DNA of 64,000 bases from the human T2T-CHM13v2.0 reference genome, Homo sapiens, in assembly GCF_009914755.1 (NCBI RefSeq), contig NC_060925.1; one strand, given 5' to 3'. A program made the translations under genes and the position numbers. The notes beneath the pieces are model-generated. The model was not told the origin of the DNA. It worked only from the letters and a program-made list of their open reading frames with translations, and made no database searches. Shown piece after piece: positions 13,225 through 25,790 of the stretch (the stretch's first letter is position 1; each line of letters starts with the position of its first letter).

Positions 13225-13532
13225 TTTTTATTTTTATTTTTTTTATTTTTTTGAGATAGAGTCTCGCTCTATCACCCAGGCTGGAGTACAGTGGCGCCAT
13301 CTCGACTCACTGCAAACTCTGCCTCCCAGGTTCACGCCATTCTCCTGCCTCAGCCTCCTGAGTAGCTGGGAGTACAGGTGCCCGCCACCAGCCCAGCTAA
13401 TTTTTTGTATTTTTAGCAGACACGGGGTTTCACTGTGTTAGCCAGGATGGTCTCAATCTCCTGATCTCGTGATCCGCCTGCCTGAGCCTCCCAAAGTGCT
13501 GGGAATACAAGCGTGAGCCACCGCGCCCGGCC
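13225..13532 (-). mobile_element. AluY
   Basis: GTTCACGCCATTCTCC and GTGTTAGCCAGGATGG diagnostics; TSD TTCACTGTA (13216-13224 / 13533-13541). Confidence 0.95.
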
Positions 13533-15184
13533 TTCACTGTACTTTTTAATGCAGTTCTTATATAATAAACCCTGCTATATTAATATTTACAAAGCAATTG
13601 ATCTTTGTAAAAATAATATATTCCTAATGAGTGGAAAGTCTGATTTGCACATTGTAAAATCTTAATAGATGTTGGAATGAATAAATGAAATAGTGAATCA
13701 AATAATAGTAGAATGTTTTTATAATAATTTCTTTATTAAAAATACATACTATACAGTGGCAAAGTAATTTTTGGAGAAAAGCTGGGAGAAGGCTCAGCAG
13801 AGATTCAGATATATGATTAGGAAAATCACTACCTGTGTTCTCTAAACAAGAAGGGAAGAGTTTCTTACTGAAGAAAACTTAATAAAAATACTCCTTAGAC
13901 ATTAAAATTCCCAATGTAAAAAAAAGTTGAATCATATTTGAGTCAAATATGATCAGATGCTGAATCAAATTCAAGTATATTTGTGGATTTTAGATGGGCT
14001 TGCCAAAATGTCCTTATGCATAGTTATCAATATTTTTAAATATAGCTAATTGTAAAAGTCAAGAAAATGAATATGCAGTTTTAGTTTGCTTTGTGAATTT
14101 GAATATTTTGAGCATGAGCAATGCTATTTTTGGATTTGCAAATATAATTGACAATGCACAATTTTTATTAAAGCTGATGTCCAAAACACTTTGTTTGATT
14201 TTACTGAATATTTGTTTTCCAAAATGAGAATTGGCTGAGTTTATTAAAGCAATGCAATTTTTGCACTTTGAGAAATAGACCTTTAACTTACTATAAGATA
14301 TCCCTGAACAAATGATACTAAATGCAACTAGAGAAGTAGCCCAAAACATTGACCTGAATTGTGTTGAAGTTTCACAAAAGGTTTAATTTGAATTGATTTT
14401 CATTTCCAGTAACATAATTTAGTAGTTCACCTGTGATTAACTAAAGCATATTATTGATTGCTTTGACTTAAGAAAGTCCTGAATTTGGAGTTTTACATGG
14501 CTAGAATAGATATGAGCAACCTTGAGATATTGTTAAAACTGTTTTAAAGTCTTTAACATTTATAAGAATGTCTTACTTTGCACTAATATAACTCATGTTC
14601 AGTCTGTATTTGGTTCAAATGATTTTAGTCCCCTATTTTATGTCTCTTTAGGAAGTCCCCCAGTATCTCAAAGGCAGTATACATAATTATATGGAAATTT
14701 CAATGGTTTTTTTCCAGAACTGTGGAACAATTCAGCAGTCTCTATAAAATGAATATCCATAGGCAGCCTGGTAGCCATATGAAACTTGTCAAAATTTGGT
14801 CAACATATAATTTTCTGCACTCTCCTTTAAAAATTTTATGTTTTTGAAAATGTCTTTTTTTTCCTTTGAAGCACTCAAAACTTGCAACTCCACATCTCCT
14901 ATTTTATCTCTATTCATTAGTTTATAAATGTTCTAATTCAATATCCTATCTAAAATATTGTTGAAGGGTCAGGTTGAAATATATTTAAGGAATAAAAATA
15001 AGAATAGTTATGATAATAACAACATTAACACCAATTACAATAAGTACTGTATTCAGTAGAACATTGTTCAATAGAACATTGACTATCCTTTGGGTTAGTC
15101 GTGATCTTGTTATATATATTATTTCACTCCGTATTGATGGTCATCACATGGGAAGTTGAGTGTAGTTTTTATGTTTCCTTGTCT

Positions 15185-15298
15185 TTTGTTTCTTGTTTGT
15201 TTGTTTGTTGTTGTTGTAGATGGGATCTTGCCATGTTGTTCAGGCTGGCCTTGAATTACTGGACTCGAGTGATCCTCCAACCTCGGCCTCCTGAGTAC
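15185..15298 (-). mobile_element. Alu monomer (FLAM/FRAM-like) with (TTTG)/(TTG) tail
   Basis: GTAGATGGGATCTTGCCATGTTG..CAGGCTGG..TTGAA...GTGATCCTCC..CCTCGGCCTCC. Confidence 0.75.
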
Positions 15299-15299
15299 A

Positions 15300-15420
15300 T
15301 ATTCCCTGGTCTATAGATGAAGAAATGAAGGTTCAAGAATACTGGACATCTGGACTAATTAAATGACAACTAAATGGCAGAAATGGTATTTAAGCTCAGG
15401 CCTAGCAGATGCAAAGTCAT
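15300..15420 (-). mobile_element. MIR fragment
   Basis: ATAGATGAAGAAATGAAGGTTCA...AAATGGCAGA...TTTAAGCTCAGG core. Confidence 0.55.
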
Positions 15421-18400
15421 GGGCACATGTCAAGTATGTAATATTGTATAGCCTATTAACTCATCAATTTAGTCTTTAGAAGGCTGAATTTCTAATATGT
15501 ATCAGGAATAACATAAAAGGTTGAGAGGAAAACCATAAAAAGACAAGATCCATATGCAAGTTCAATTAATTCAATAGAATTTTAATTATTTGCCATGTAC
15601 TAGTAGTTGTGTGAGACACTACTGACAAATAAAAAGATAAGTTAAAAACATGTAAAATTAAATAACATGCTATACTAGGGGACTATAAAAGGACAGAGGA
15701 GAAAAGGAAGATAGACTTAAAGTTGGGGTGGTCATTGAGTTGAATTTTAAAGGAAACAGGAAGCTTTTTCCCATTTTGGAAGTTTTGGGAGGGGTTCCAA
15801 ATGGATGTGATAGCACATGCAAAGATACAGAGATGAGAAAGTATGCACATAAGCTCTTCATGTTTCTTAATACAAAGCTTGAGATGAAGCAGGGGAACTG
15901 GACAGGACTGCATATAAGAGAAAGTTTTGTCTGCCCAAACACACAATGCTATTATATTCCTCAGTCTTGGCTCCGATAGTCCTGTTTTACTGGGCTGTCT
16001 GTCAAATCCTCTCTTGTCCAAACTGTAAAATTTCATCTATCAGAGGCTGAAGAGTCTAAAAGATAAGATTATACATTATAGACCCCTTTTAGCATTGGGT
16101 TCAAATGTCAGTGTTGCCACTAACAAGTTGCACAATCTGGGACAGGTTTATTTTCTTTTTTTCACTTTGTCCATTTATCATATAAGGTAGCTTTTGCATT
16201 AACATAATTAATAAATATTATTATTACAGTTTCTTAAAACTTCAGGTCCTATATGAAGTTTTTTTTACTATTCCTGATAATTATTTGCTTACTTCTTTTT
16301 GCCTTCCCTTCAGTATATATGTAGTAGATACTAAAAAAATGTAATTGTATACAAAATGGAGGTGTGGTTTATGGTATGAAAAGCTAGTATTTAGAGACTG
16401 AATATTTTTTTCTCAAACAATTGAAATCAATATATATAATCTAGTTCATCCCCTTACTGGCTTAGAAATAGTACAGCATATATTATATACCTAATGTATT
16501 TAATTATACACACACATGAATACAATGAAAAAGTTAACAGCATTATCTTTGAACTTCTGCAATACAGCTAAAGAATTGTAAACTGGGTAGTTCTTTCACT
16601 TCTTTTCACAAAAAAGTTTATACTCATAAAATTATTTTCATAAAATATATAAAACATAACACTTATTGCATGAAATGCTTTCCCGTAGAAGTATTTTTCA
16701 TATTCTAATGTAAGAAAGCATTATCCTTCAATGAACAATTGCAAAATTATACAGAGAAAACAATTCTGAACTGGTCAAAATCTCATTAAAATTGTATGAG
16801 GAGAATTATGTATGCCCCATTTACAATTTTTCTTTATAGCAGAATATCAAGTAATCCATGATTTGAGAGCACACTTTAGCTTTATCCTAGACCTACTTGA
16901 CCTTGTAAGTGTTTCTTGATTTTAAAGGATGACATTTAATTAAAACTGCCTTGCTGAAGTACGGTAATTATTGGTGCAGATAAAAGAGATTTACAGAAAC
17001 TCAAGTCAGTGGATTGGTAAGAGCAACACAGATTTTTCTTAACATCAGGATGTATCATTTGCAAAATGTGATATACTATCTAGCTTTGTATCATTTAAAA
17101 AGACATCAAGTTTGCTGGTTGAATTAGCACACATGATTGTGGAAGAGGCATTTCAATTAAGCCCAAAGTCAAACAAACTTGAAGAATTTTCTACCTTTAT
17201 TTGCAATGCTGTGCATAAAATTATTCAAGCATTTCATTGAAGAATGAGAACTCATGGAGTATGAAATCGGACCAAAATCTCTCCCTTTATTAGATGATAT
17301 CTTTCCTTCATAGTTTGCTGCTCATCAGCAAATGACATTTGGTAATATGTATGAATAATTGGTGAATTTACTGCTCATTACCTCTTTAAAAATCCAAGGA
17401 AGTATTAAACATACTTTGATTCTTTTATGAGAAAATAATTTTCGTTAAAAGGTTAAAACAAAATAAGTGATTTTTATTTTTAATTAGATAGCTCAGCTAC
17501 AGAGTCCTTGCAATACCAAAATACTTATGATTACTTTTTCAATTGTATTTGTGCAGACTATAAAAAAAACTCAAAAAATCATATATTCCTCTCACACAAC
17601 AATGATCTTAAAACTCTTTCAAATAATACTTCAGTAGCTAGAGTTCTGTTAAATATTATTTTTTTTATTTTCCCAGAAAATTATGAGTTATTCTTTACTT
17701 CTATATTCATAATTAAATATGTTATGCAAAAATTATGCATGCATATTAATTCTACATGTTTCACGTGTGAAATCTAAGATGATATTACTATTTTTCAGGT
17801 TGATATTCTCCTAAGATCACATAAAAATTATTTTAAACAGTTTTGATTTGTGTATATATTTTTGGTAGCTAATGTCACTCCAAAGTAAAATATTAGCATC
17901 TTTTTAAACCAATTTTACTCCTATTGACATTGTTTACTTGTATTCACAATGGCCTATTTTAACAGGTTCTAAATGTTAACATAGTAGTTTGTAATCATTT
18001 ATTGTTGACAACAAGATAGCAGGTGTTTAGCATATTGTATTCTGAATTGGTACCCATGTATAATGAATTTCTTGGTCCTTGAGGTATTTAATAGATGTTT
18101 TCAGAAGTATTCTAAAGACTGAGATGATAAATAAGTTTTACATAACTTTAGCTAATTGAATCTTTTCTTTTTTCAGGAAAGACGAGATATATCATTTTTT
18201 CCCACATAGATCCTGGATTATTACTATCCTTCGAATTTATTTCTATAATCTCTAAGTCAGGTGGAACAGAGCTATAATTTATTAGAGTGAAGCTTTGGAG
18301 GTGCATACAGTAGTCACATTATTATGTTCATCTCCTACAGGAACAACTTTTGATTTCATTTCATTACATTGAAAGGTAACTTCAAATATGAAAGGAGCCT

Positions 18401-19699
18401 TTAATGTTATAAATATGACCATGATGATAATCATCACTATCATCATCTAAGGTACTCACAATCAATAATAAGCCTATACACTTAGAGGTCCAAATTGAAA
18501 TTAAAAAAGGAAGACAAGATCTAAACTTCAGGTAAAATCTACTTTTCTTAAACATTTATATGTGCAGGGCAGTTGAAAATGGAAACAGTTGCATAACAAG
18601 AAACATCTGGTATTCAAGCAGATTCTCATCTACTCTTTCCATCATAAAATATAAAGCACAAAATGAAATACTTTGGTTAGAACATCCCTTTGCACAGATT
18701 GAATGAATCACTACTGTTTTCCAAGGAATAAGGTTTATGCAATTTCTACTCCTCAAATCTTTTACCACATTCACATTCGCAACAACTTTTGGCAACACAA
18801 TTGCTTTTATTATCATTATTTTTTTAGTTCAGCTAAAGAAGAAAAGAAGAGGTAATGCATAGAAAGCAAAAGTTAATTCCCCTTTTTTTAAATGCTTGTT
18901 TTTTTGCCTTTGTTTTGGATCAGTGTTAATATTTTTTAAAATATCGTTATATGTATATAGTTTAAAACGTATTTAAAATACTTTAACTTAAAAATGACTT
19001 TTTTTCTGTCTTTGATAGAGGAAATTGAGGTTCAATAATATTAAAACTTTATTTCATATAGAACTATTTTTCACTCAATTTTTTTCATGAAGTATTTCTG
19101 AACGGCACACACTCATGGCTTAATGAAGATAAAAGAGATAGATAATGGACATTAGGATAAGGGGTAAAATGAACATCACGATTCTTAGTGTAGAGTTGTA
19201 CAAGCTAGTACACTAACAAGAAATTAGTGAAAACGAAACGAGGGGAAGGGCAGTGGAAAGAAAGACTGAACTGATGGAGCCTGATCCTGAAAGCAGATGA
19301 GCTCAAAGAACCTAGTGAACATATACAACCTATAAAGGTCAACGAATAGTAGCCAACCATAAGTAAAGGCACAGAACTACATTCAGTTAGAAGAAAGGAA
19401 AGTTGAGAGCACACACAATTTAAAAAGTGATCATACTTTTAATTAAGAGACTATAAAGACTGAGGTGTTCAGACACTACAAAAGAAGGAAAGAATAGGAG
19501 CATCGACTAGGGATGTTAAAATTATTGCTAAGTTTTAGCAATAGTTTGTTAAATGTCAACTGAGAATCAGTGTCATTGACATGCAACTCTGGAACAGAAC
19601 ACATAGGGGTATTTTATTAGCTTCTTTCTATGGAAAAAAAAAACCCAAAGGGATAGAACATTCCTTTCCAATGATGGACCATGAGGCCAAATATTTTAC

Positions 19700-19935
19700 T
19701 TTTACTAATAATAGCTACAGGTTATTGGTGCCACTATAGATGAGGTATTCCTTATTCACGCAAATATTTACATTATCTTGATGAGGTAGAAATTATTGTT
19801 CCCTTTTTATAGATGATGAAACTGACTTTAAAAAAGGTAAAATAACATGTCCAATATCATATAGTTTACAAATGTCAGGACCAGAATTAGAATCCAGAGA
19901 TATTACAAATCCTGTGTTCTTTACTAGGCAGACTG
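19700..19935 (-). mobile_element. MIR
   Basis: CCCTTTTTATAGATGATGAAACTGAC...AGGACCAGAATTAGAATCCAG MIR core. Confidence 0.7.
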
Positions 19936-20119
19936 CCTCACTTATAGAGATGTGGCTTTTAAGACACAAGAGTCCTGAGTCCCTTAAGGACCTGCCAGGA
20001 TTCAAAGGTCCTGGTACTAGGTTATATTAGAAATTCATCGACTAGGCAAGCAGTTTCTGCTGTCCATATTAATTGGTATAGGATTACCTCAAATTAATGT
20101 GCAGATATAAACACAAATC

Positions 20120-20453
20120 TGTAAAGGGAAAAACTGAGAATCATAAGAATAAACTATCTCTCAAACTAGGAGGGAGTCAAGAGACTTACATACAAGGCAC
20201 TCTTGGATGGCAGCAGGATAACTTTAGAGATGGGCACTACCTCCCATCTCTAAGCTACTTTTAAGCTAATTGTTTGCTACTGTGTGTATGTGATGGGACT
20301 GTCTTTCTTGATAGGTTCTCAGACACTCTCTGGGATGTTTGGGTTCTGAGGGTCATCTCCTTAGCTGGGCACCATGGCCCTGCTGAGGTCTTTATGGTTC
20401 AAGCAGCAGATATACACCCTTAAGTAACCTGGTGTGGGACCAATCATATTACA
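20120..20453 (-). mobile_element. Solo LTR, LTR32-like (ERVL)
   Basis: Reverse strand starts TGTAATATGATTGGTCCCACACCAGGTTACTTAAGGGTGTAT and contains GAACCCAAACATCCC; TG...CA termini; flanks AAATC/AAAAC (5-bp TSD, 1 mismatch). Confidence 0.65.
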
Positions 20454-21250
20454 AAAACCCTAGTGTTATATTATAGTGTTATATTTTGAATCATGATGGT
20501 TGGGAGAAAGTCCTCTCTTCAAGGAAAAATGTAGATTTCCTCATGGCTCTGAAGTCAACTTTTTGGTAAATTTGGGGAGATTAAAATGGAACTTACTCGG
20601 ATATCATTAAACCAACATTGCCTTTTAGGAAGATAAGTAAAATAACAACGTGCTGTTTGACATGGGTGGATTCTTGGCCCTTAACTCCTAAGAGTCATAT
20701 AGATGGACCTTCAAAGAACCACTACTTAGTGGAAAAATATATATTTGGTTGTCTGTCTTCCACTATGTTGGTCAAGATTACAACGTATAGATTCCATTCG
20801 GGCATCTAAACCCCATAATAACAACAGAATTCATTTTATCATTGAGGAGAGGCCTGGGACAGAAAGAGAATTGGAAAATTTTCCATCACCGATACAGACT
20901 AAAAATGGATTTAGTTTTTCTATCAAATGAGAAGATTTGTAGAATTGGACATACTCAATGTACTTTCTAAAATTAAAGCAAGACAGTAAGAATAGTGCTT
21001 ATTAGTTATGAGACACTACTGGGTAAGTTGACAGTGAATCAGAGAGAACCAATCCAGGTTACGAGATACTAGAAAACAGAAATTTTATAATTGGCTGGTT
21101 TTCAGATTCTTAAAACTTTTCTAAGTGGTTCAGCTTTCAGAACTCTGAAAACTCAAGAAACAATATTTTAAATTCTATGTGACAAGAAGGAAATCAATTA
21201 GCAGACATGAAAGACAAAAGTTACTAACAAAATAGGTGCTGGTAAAAAAT

Positions 21251-21525
21251 TGTATTAGCCTGTTTTCACGCTGCTGATAAAGACATACCCTAGCTAGGGC
21301 TATGTATAAGAGAGAGAGGTCTAATTGGACTTAGAGTTCTACATGGCTTGGAAAGCCAATAATGGCAGAAGGCAAGGAGGAGCAAGTCACATCTTACACG
21401 GATGGCAGCAAGCAGAGAGCCTGTGCAGGCAAACTCCCCCTTATGATAACCATCAGATCTCATGAGACGTACTCACGTGGGAATTCAAGATGAGATTTGG
21501 GTGGGGACACAGCCAAACCATATCA
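21251..21525 (-). mobile_element. THE1 (THE1B-like) MaLR solo LTR with internal deletion
   Basis: TGTATTAG...GCTGATAAAGACATACCC...GATGAGATTTGGGTGGGGACACAGCCAAACCATATCA; perfect 5-bp TSD AAAAT (21246-21250 / 21526-21530). Confidence 0.92.
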
Positions 21526-22574
21526 AAAATTTAAAAATGAAAATTAAAAAAATGAGTTATTTAAAAGATACCAAGAAACATCTAAAAAATTTTTAAGTAA
21601 AAAATAAATGAAATAAATGAATTATGGGTTTTTAGGGCAGATAAGAAAGCCTCCTGCGAAGTAGTCAGGCAAGCTTTGGGGAGGGGAGAGCCTGGCATCA
21701 AGAAGTGGGTGTTCTCTCTGTTCGCTCCCATGAACACTATTTCAGGCAAGAGAAACTCTATAGTGGTTCCTTTGATGCCCTAACTAGGATCTAAAATGAA
21801 GACTAGGTATACCATGCTATAATCTGTGATAGCATGTGGGAGAAAAGCAGAGACCTAGAAGCATTCAGTGCTCCAGCATCAATTTTGGATTATATAGTAA
21901 AGAAAAAGCAGGAATGAGATAAGGGCTAAGTATTTTAGACAGGCAAGTACCAGAATGAGGACCGAAGCAACAGGAGTGAGAAGTAGGCAAGTAAACTAAC
22001 AATCGGCATTGGAACCCAGGTGGACCCTATCTTGAATCCCTGTTGTTCCTGAACAAGTGAAATTGACCTGACAAATATGTTTTGCCCCCTTGTTACAACA
22101 TGCAACACAGCTGATAAAAACTGTGGAACTTAATCAGGCAAGGAAAGGAATTAGATTATTAGAGTCTTACTATCATATCTCAAAAAATCCTGTCATTTAG
22201 GGGACCATGTTTTCCAAAAACAGGTTCTGATCTTACACATTGTTTCTGTGTTAGGAAATGGACATACATTGCAATAGTTCATTAGATCCATTCCAATCAG
22301 AGCAAGTCTTAGGAAATATTTTCAAATGGAAATATACAAATAACTCATATTAATTTGTAATTGAGTCCCTTTCTTCTGAGGAAGGTAGTTGTGGGTATGG
22401 TGGAAAAAATGAATCCTTTGAAATCACCTGCTAATATGGGTTCTGGTTCTGACAATAATTTTGTGATATTGAGCTAGTTATCTGTTGGAGCTTTATTGAA
22501 AATGTCCCAATATGTAAGATGGGGCTCTCTTGTAGACTGACTGCATTTTTAATGTTAAACTGTTGATACCATTT

Positions 22575-22920
22575 ATGCTCCACCTCTCCCTCTTCACATT
22601 CTGCCCCACATCTAGACAAGCTGATGAGAAAGCCTGCTTGCTTCTTCCTTCATTTGGACAGGAAGGTCAAACCATGTAGGAACCGTCATCCCAGCTGCAA
22701 TCCCTGACCATAGAAACCCCAAGCCAGTTTTCTTTCCTTGTTTCTCGAGTCATCTTTGGACTTGCTTGAGATTTGCCTTGTTCTCCCAGAAAAGCTCATT
22801 ATGGGAGCAATAAACCTTTCCATTTCCTCTTGAGGTGTGTGTATCTCATCATCAGTCTTGACATCTGAATTAAATTTTGGGTTGGGAAGACATTTCTCTT
22901 TCTGTAGGGGGTGACCCAAA
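22575..22920 (+). mobile_element. ERVL LTR 3' portion (MER54/MER74-group-like)
   Basis: CACATTCTGCCCCACATCT...AAGCTGAT...CAATAAACCTTT...CATCATCAGTCTTGACATC...AATTTTGGGT resembles this LTR group. Confidence 0.5.
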
Positions 22921-23152
22921 TAGTTTAATTCAATAAAGCCCTGCCACAATATAATAACTGATTTTTACAATATAATAGCAAAAATTTTACCAAGTAAAGT
23001 AGAGTAAAATTTTACCATGTAAAATTTATACCAGGTGAAAAGGTTTTCTTACTGACAAATCAATTACAAATAATAGTTTTATCATTCAGTCTGTACTATA
23101 GCATAAGAAACAAAACAAAGACAGCGAAAGCTACATGCATGCAATTGTTGAT

Positions 23153-23653
23153 TGCCAAGACCAGCTCGGTTGGGGAGACCCTAACCCGGTGGCGCAAGAA
23201 GAATTAAAGACACACACACAGAAATACAGAGATGTGAAGTGGGAAATCAGGGGTCTCACAGCCTTCAGAGCTGAGAGCCCTGAAAAGAGATTTACCCACA
23301 TATTTATTAACAGTGAGCCAGTCATTAGCATTGTTTCTATAGATATTAAATTAACTAAAAATATCCCTTATGGGAAACAAAGGGATGGGCCGAATTAAAG
23401 GAATAGGTTGTGCTAGTTAACTGCAGCAAGAGCATGTCCTTAAGGCACAGATTGCTCATGCTATTGTTTGTGGCTTAAGAATGCCTTTAAGCAGTTTTCC
23501 ACCCTGGGCAGGCCAGGTGTTTCTTGCCCTCATTCCCGTAAACCCACAACTTTCCAGCATGGGCATTAGGGCCATTATGAACATGTTACAGTGCTGCAGA
23601 GATTTTGTTTATGGCCAGTTTATGGCCAGATTTTGGGGAGCCTGCTCCCAACA
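23153..23653 (-). mobile_element. MER9 solo LTR (HERV-K HML-3)
   Basis: Reverse strand TGTTGGGAGCAGGCTCCCC...GAGCTGGTCTTGGCA, ~500 bp; 6-bp TSD GTTGAT/GTTTAT, typical length for betaretrovirus-like elements. Confidence 0.9.
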
Positions 23654-24469
23654 GTTTATAAACTGAGAAATTCACAATGCATTATGAATTCATCAATTTT
23701 AAACTTGTCCCAACAGAAGACAAAATTTTAACCCTCTCTTTTTGAAAAAATGGGCTTGGCCAAGGATGAGAGACAATTAAGTACATTTGCATCATCCCAT
23801 TCAGGGAATGTTCCTGTGAGGGATTCACAGTTGCCTATATTTTAAGCCTACTGCAAAGATTAAAGAAGCAGTGTCTGATCAAAGTACCCCATTAATTAAA
23901 GTATGTTTCCTCATGTCCTCTCCCACCCCAACCCTAATTACTCACAAGATGTAGGCAATCTTGTGCCTACAAGCTCATAAATCTGGCTGCCATAACTGAA
24001 TGAGGGAGTGGATGGCCAGGTGGTTTCTATTACTTTTAGAAGTAACTTCTAAATACAGTACATTATCTAGGCTCTCATTTATAGTGGCTGTTAAGTCTAT
24101 GATAATATTATTCCATAGAGAGAATAAGGAATTCAGATTTTATTAACTCCTTGAGGCTTGAGGGAATAGAGCTAATAAAAGTTCTACAGCATTTCTCTGG
24201 GGAAGGAGCTACAAATTCATAAAAATCTACCCTTTGACTTTCTGAACTGCAGTTGTCTCAACACTCCTTTTATAGGTCAAAGTCATGGGAATTGTCATAA
24301 CAGAGCAAAGATAGCTGATTTTAAAATTCTAATACTATTTGTTGGAGTGCAAAATAGTTGCCAATCTTTCATTTTTGAATCCCAGATGAATTAGCAATAT
24401 ATAATATAGCAAGCACTAGGATCAGTCCTGTTTAATAATTTTAATACATTGTCTGGAAATAGAAATACA

Positions 24470-24980
24470 GGTGAACTAATTCATGTTCATTGAACAGATA
24501 TTAAGCATTTCCTATATGCTATATATTGTGATGAGATCTGGTTGATGGGATGGGAATGGAAGTACATATGGAATTTAGAATTTAGAATTTAGAATCCTTG
24601 AGCAATGTAAAAATCTAGTAGATAGTGGAGATTTGCTGAATAATTAATATCCTAAGGAATGGAGTAAATGCTGTGTAAAAGTGTAGGCTCATAAGGTGGA
24701 CAAGAGGAAAAAAGAATTGGTATTTAACTTAGGATCTGAAGAGCAAAGAATATTTTAGGCTGAAGAAATAATGTAAGAAAAGGCCATAAAATATGGATTT
24801 CTAGAAAATACTTTGGAGTGACAGAGTATGTGTGGGAAAAAGTAAGAAGAGTTTAGCCTAGAAGAAATTGAATATATGAGGGCATCTTTATGTTTTAATT
24901 TTTTTCCTCTAAGGCTATTGGGGATATCTGGAAATGTTTGATGGTAATATAAAACTTATTTTTGGAAGATAAGTGTATGG
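24470..24980 (-). mobile_element. L2 fragment
   Basis: TTCATGTTCATTGAACAGATATTAAGCATTTCCTATATGCT antisense L2 3' end plus degenerate body. Confidence 0.5.
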
Positions 24981-25599
24981 TATTAAAATTAGTTACCATT
25001 AAATAGGTGTCTGTTAGGTCTAGCATATACTAATGGCTTTGTCATCCTTATAGAGGAACTTTCTCTCCCCGTCCAAGTGTTTTCATTTATGTGGATGCAG
25101 CTCTACTACAGTATCTTCCCTTTTCTCATTCACTCACTTCTCTCATGGGAAATACCTGATCTGATTGATGAGTTTACAAATAAACTAGGCAAATGTAGCC
25201 CAATTACAGTTCTCTCTATGCTTTCCCAGAAGGGAGATGCTCACCTACTGGGAGCACACATTTCTCTCCTCTCTTCCAAGCCATGCCTTCTGTAGCAGTG
25301 CACTATGCCCTGATGAGGAGGGCTTTCTCAGTCAGCATTTCTTGTGACCAAGAGTCTGAATTTGTTTAATTCTGTGATTCAAGATTAGAAATCCCACTTG
25401 ACCACTGATATAAGCCACAATTTACAATATCAGCTAAATAATAATAATAATGATATTTCTACTAAAGTGTTTACAATTTAAGAATTGATCCTGAACATGG
25501 GAGAGAAATAGGAGTATTTCCTCTTCAAATTCCCCATCATTTATCAGTTTCACAATGCATACAGAAATGCCTTTATATATTTGATGCAAAATATTAAGC

Positions 25600-25790
25600 C
25601 TTTACATCTAAGATCTCATTTAATTAAATCCTCTCTACAAACTAAGAGATAAGTTTTATTTACTGCATTTGAAAGTTGGCAAAAAGGAAACTTAGAGAAG
25701 TTAAGTATGTCCCAAAGTCACTATAAATGGATTGGGAAAAAAAAACAAAATGAGGATTATCAGATTCAAACCCATGTTGCATAACCATTA
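25600..25790 (-). mobile_element. MIR
   Basis: ATCTCATTTAATT..TCCTC...GGAAACTTAGAGAAGTTAAGTATGTCCCAAAGTCAC...GATTCAAACCCA. Confidence 0.6.

Noticed and set aside
15670-16036. Three overlapping ORFs (83-117 aa)
   Set aside because: They overlap a degenerate L2-like purine-rich stretch; no domain or splice support.
21813-21836. Hairpin CATGCTAT-N8-ATAGCATG
   Set aside because: An 8-bp stem is expected by chance in 64 kb, and too short for a miRNA precursor or MITE.
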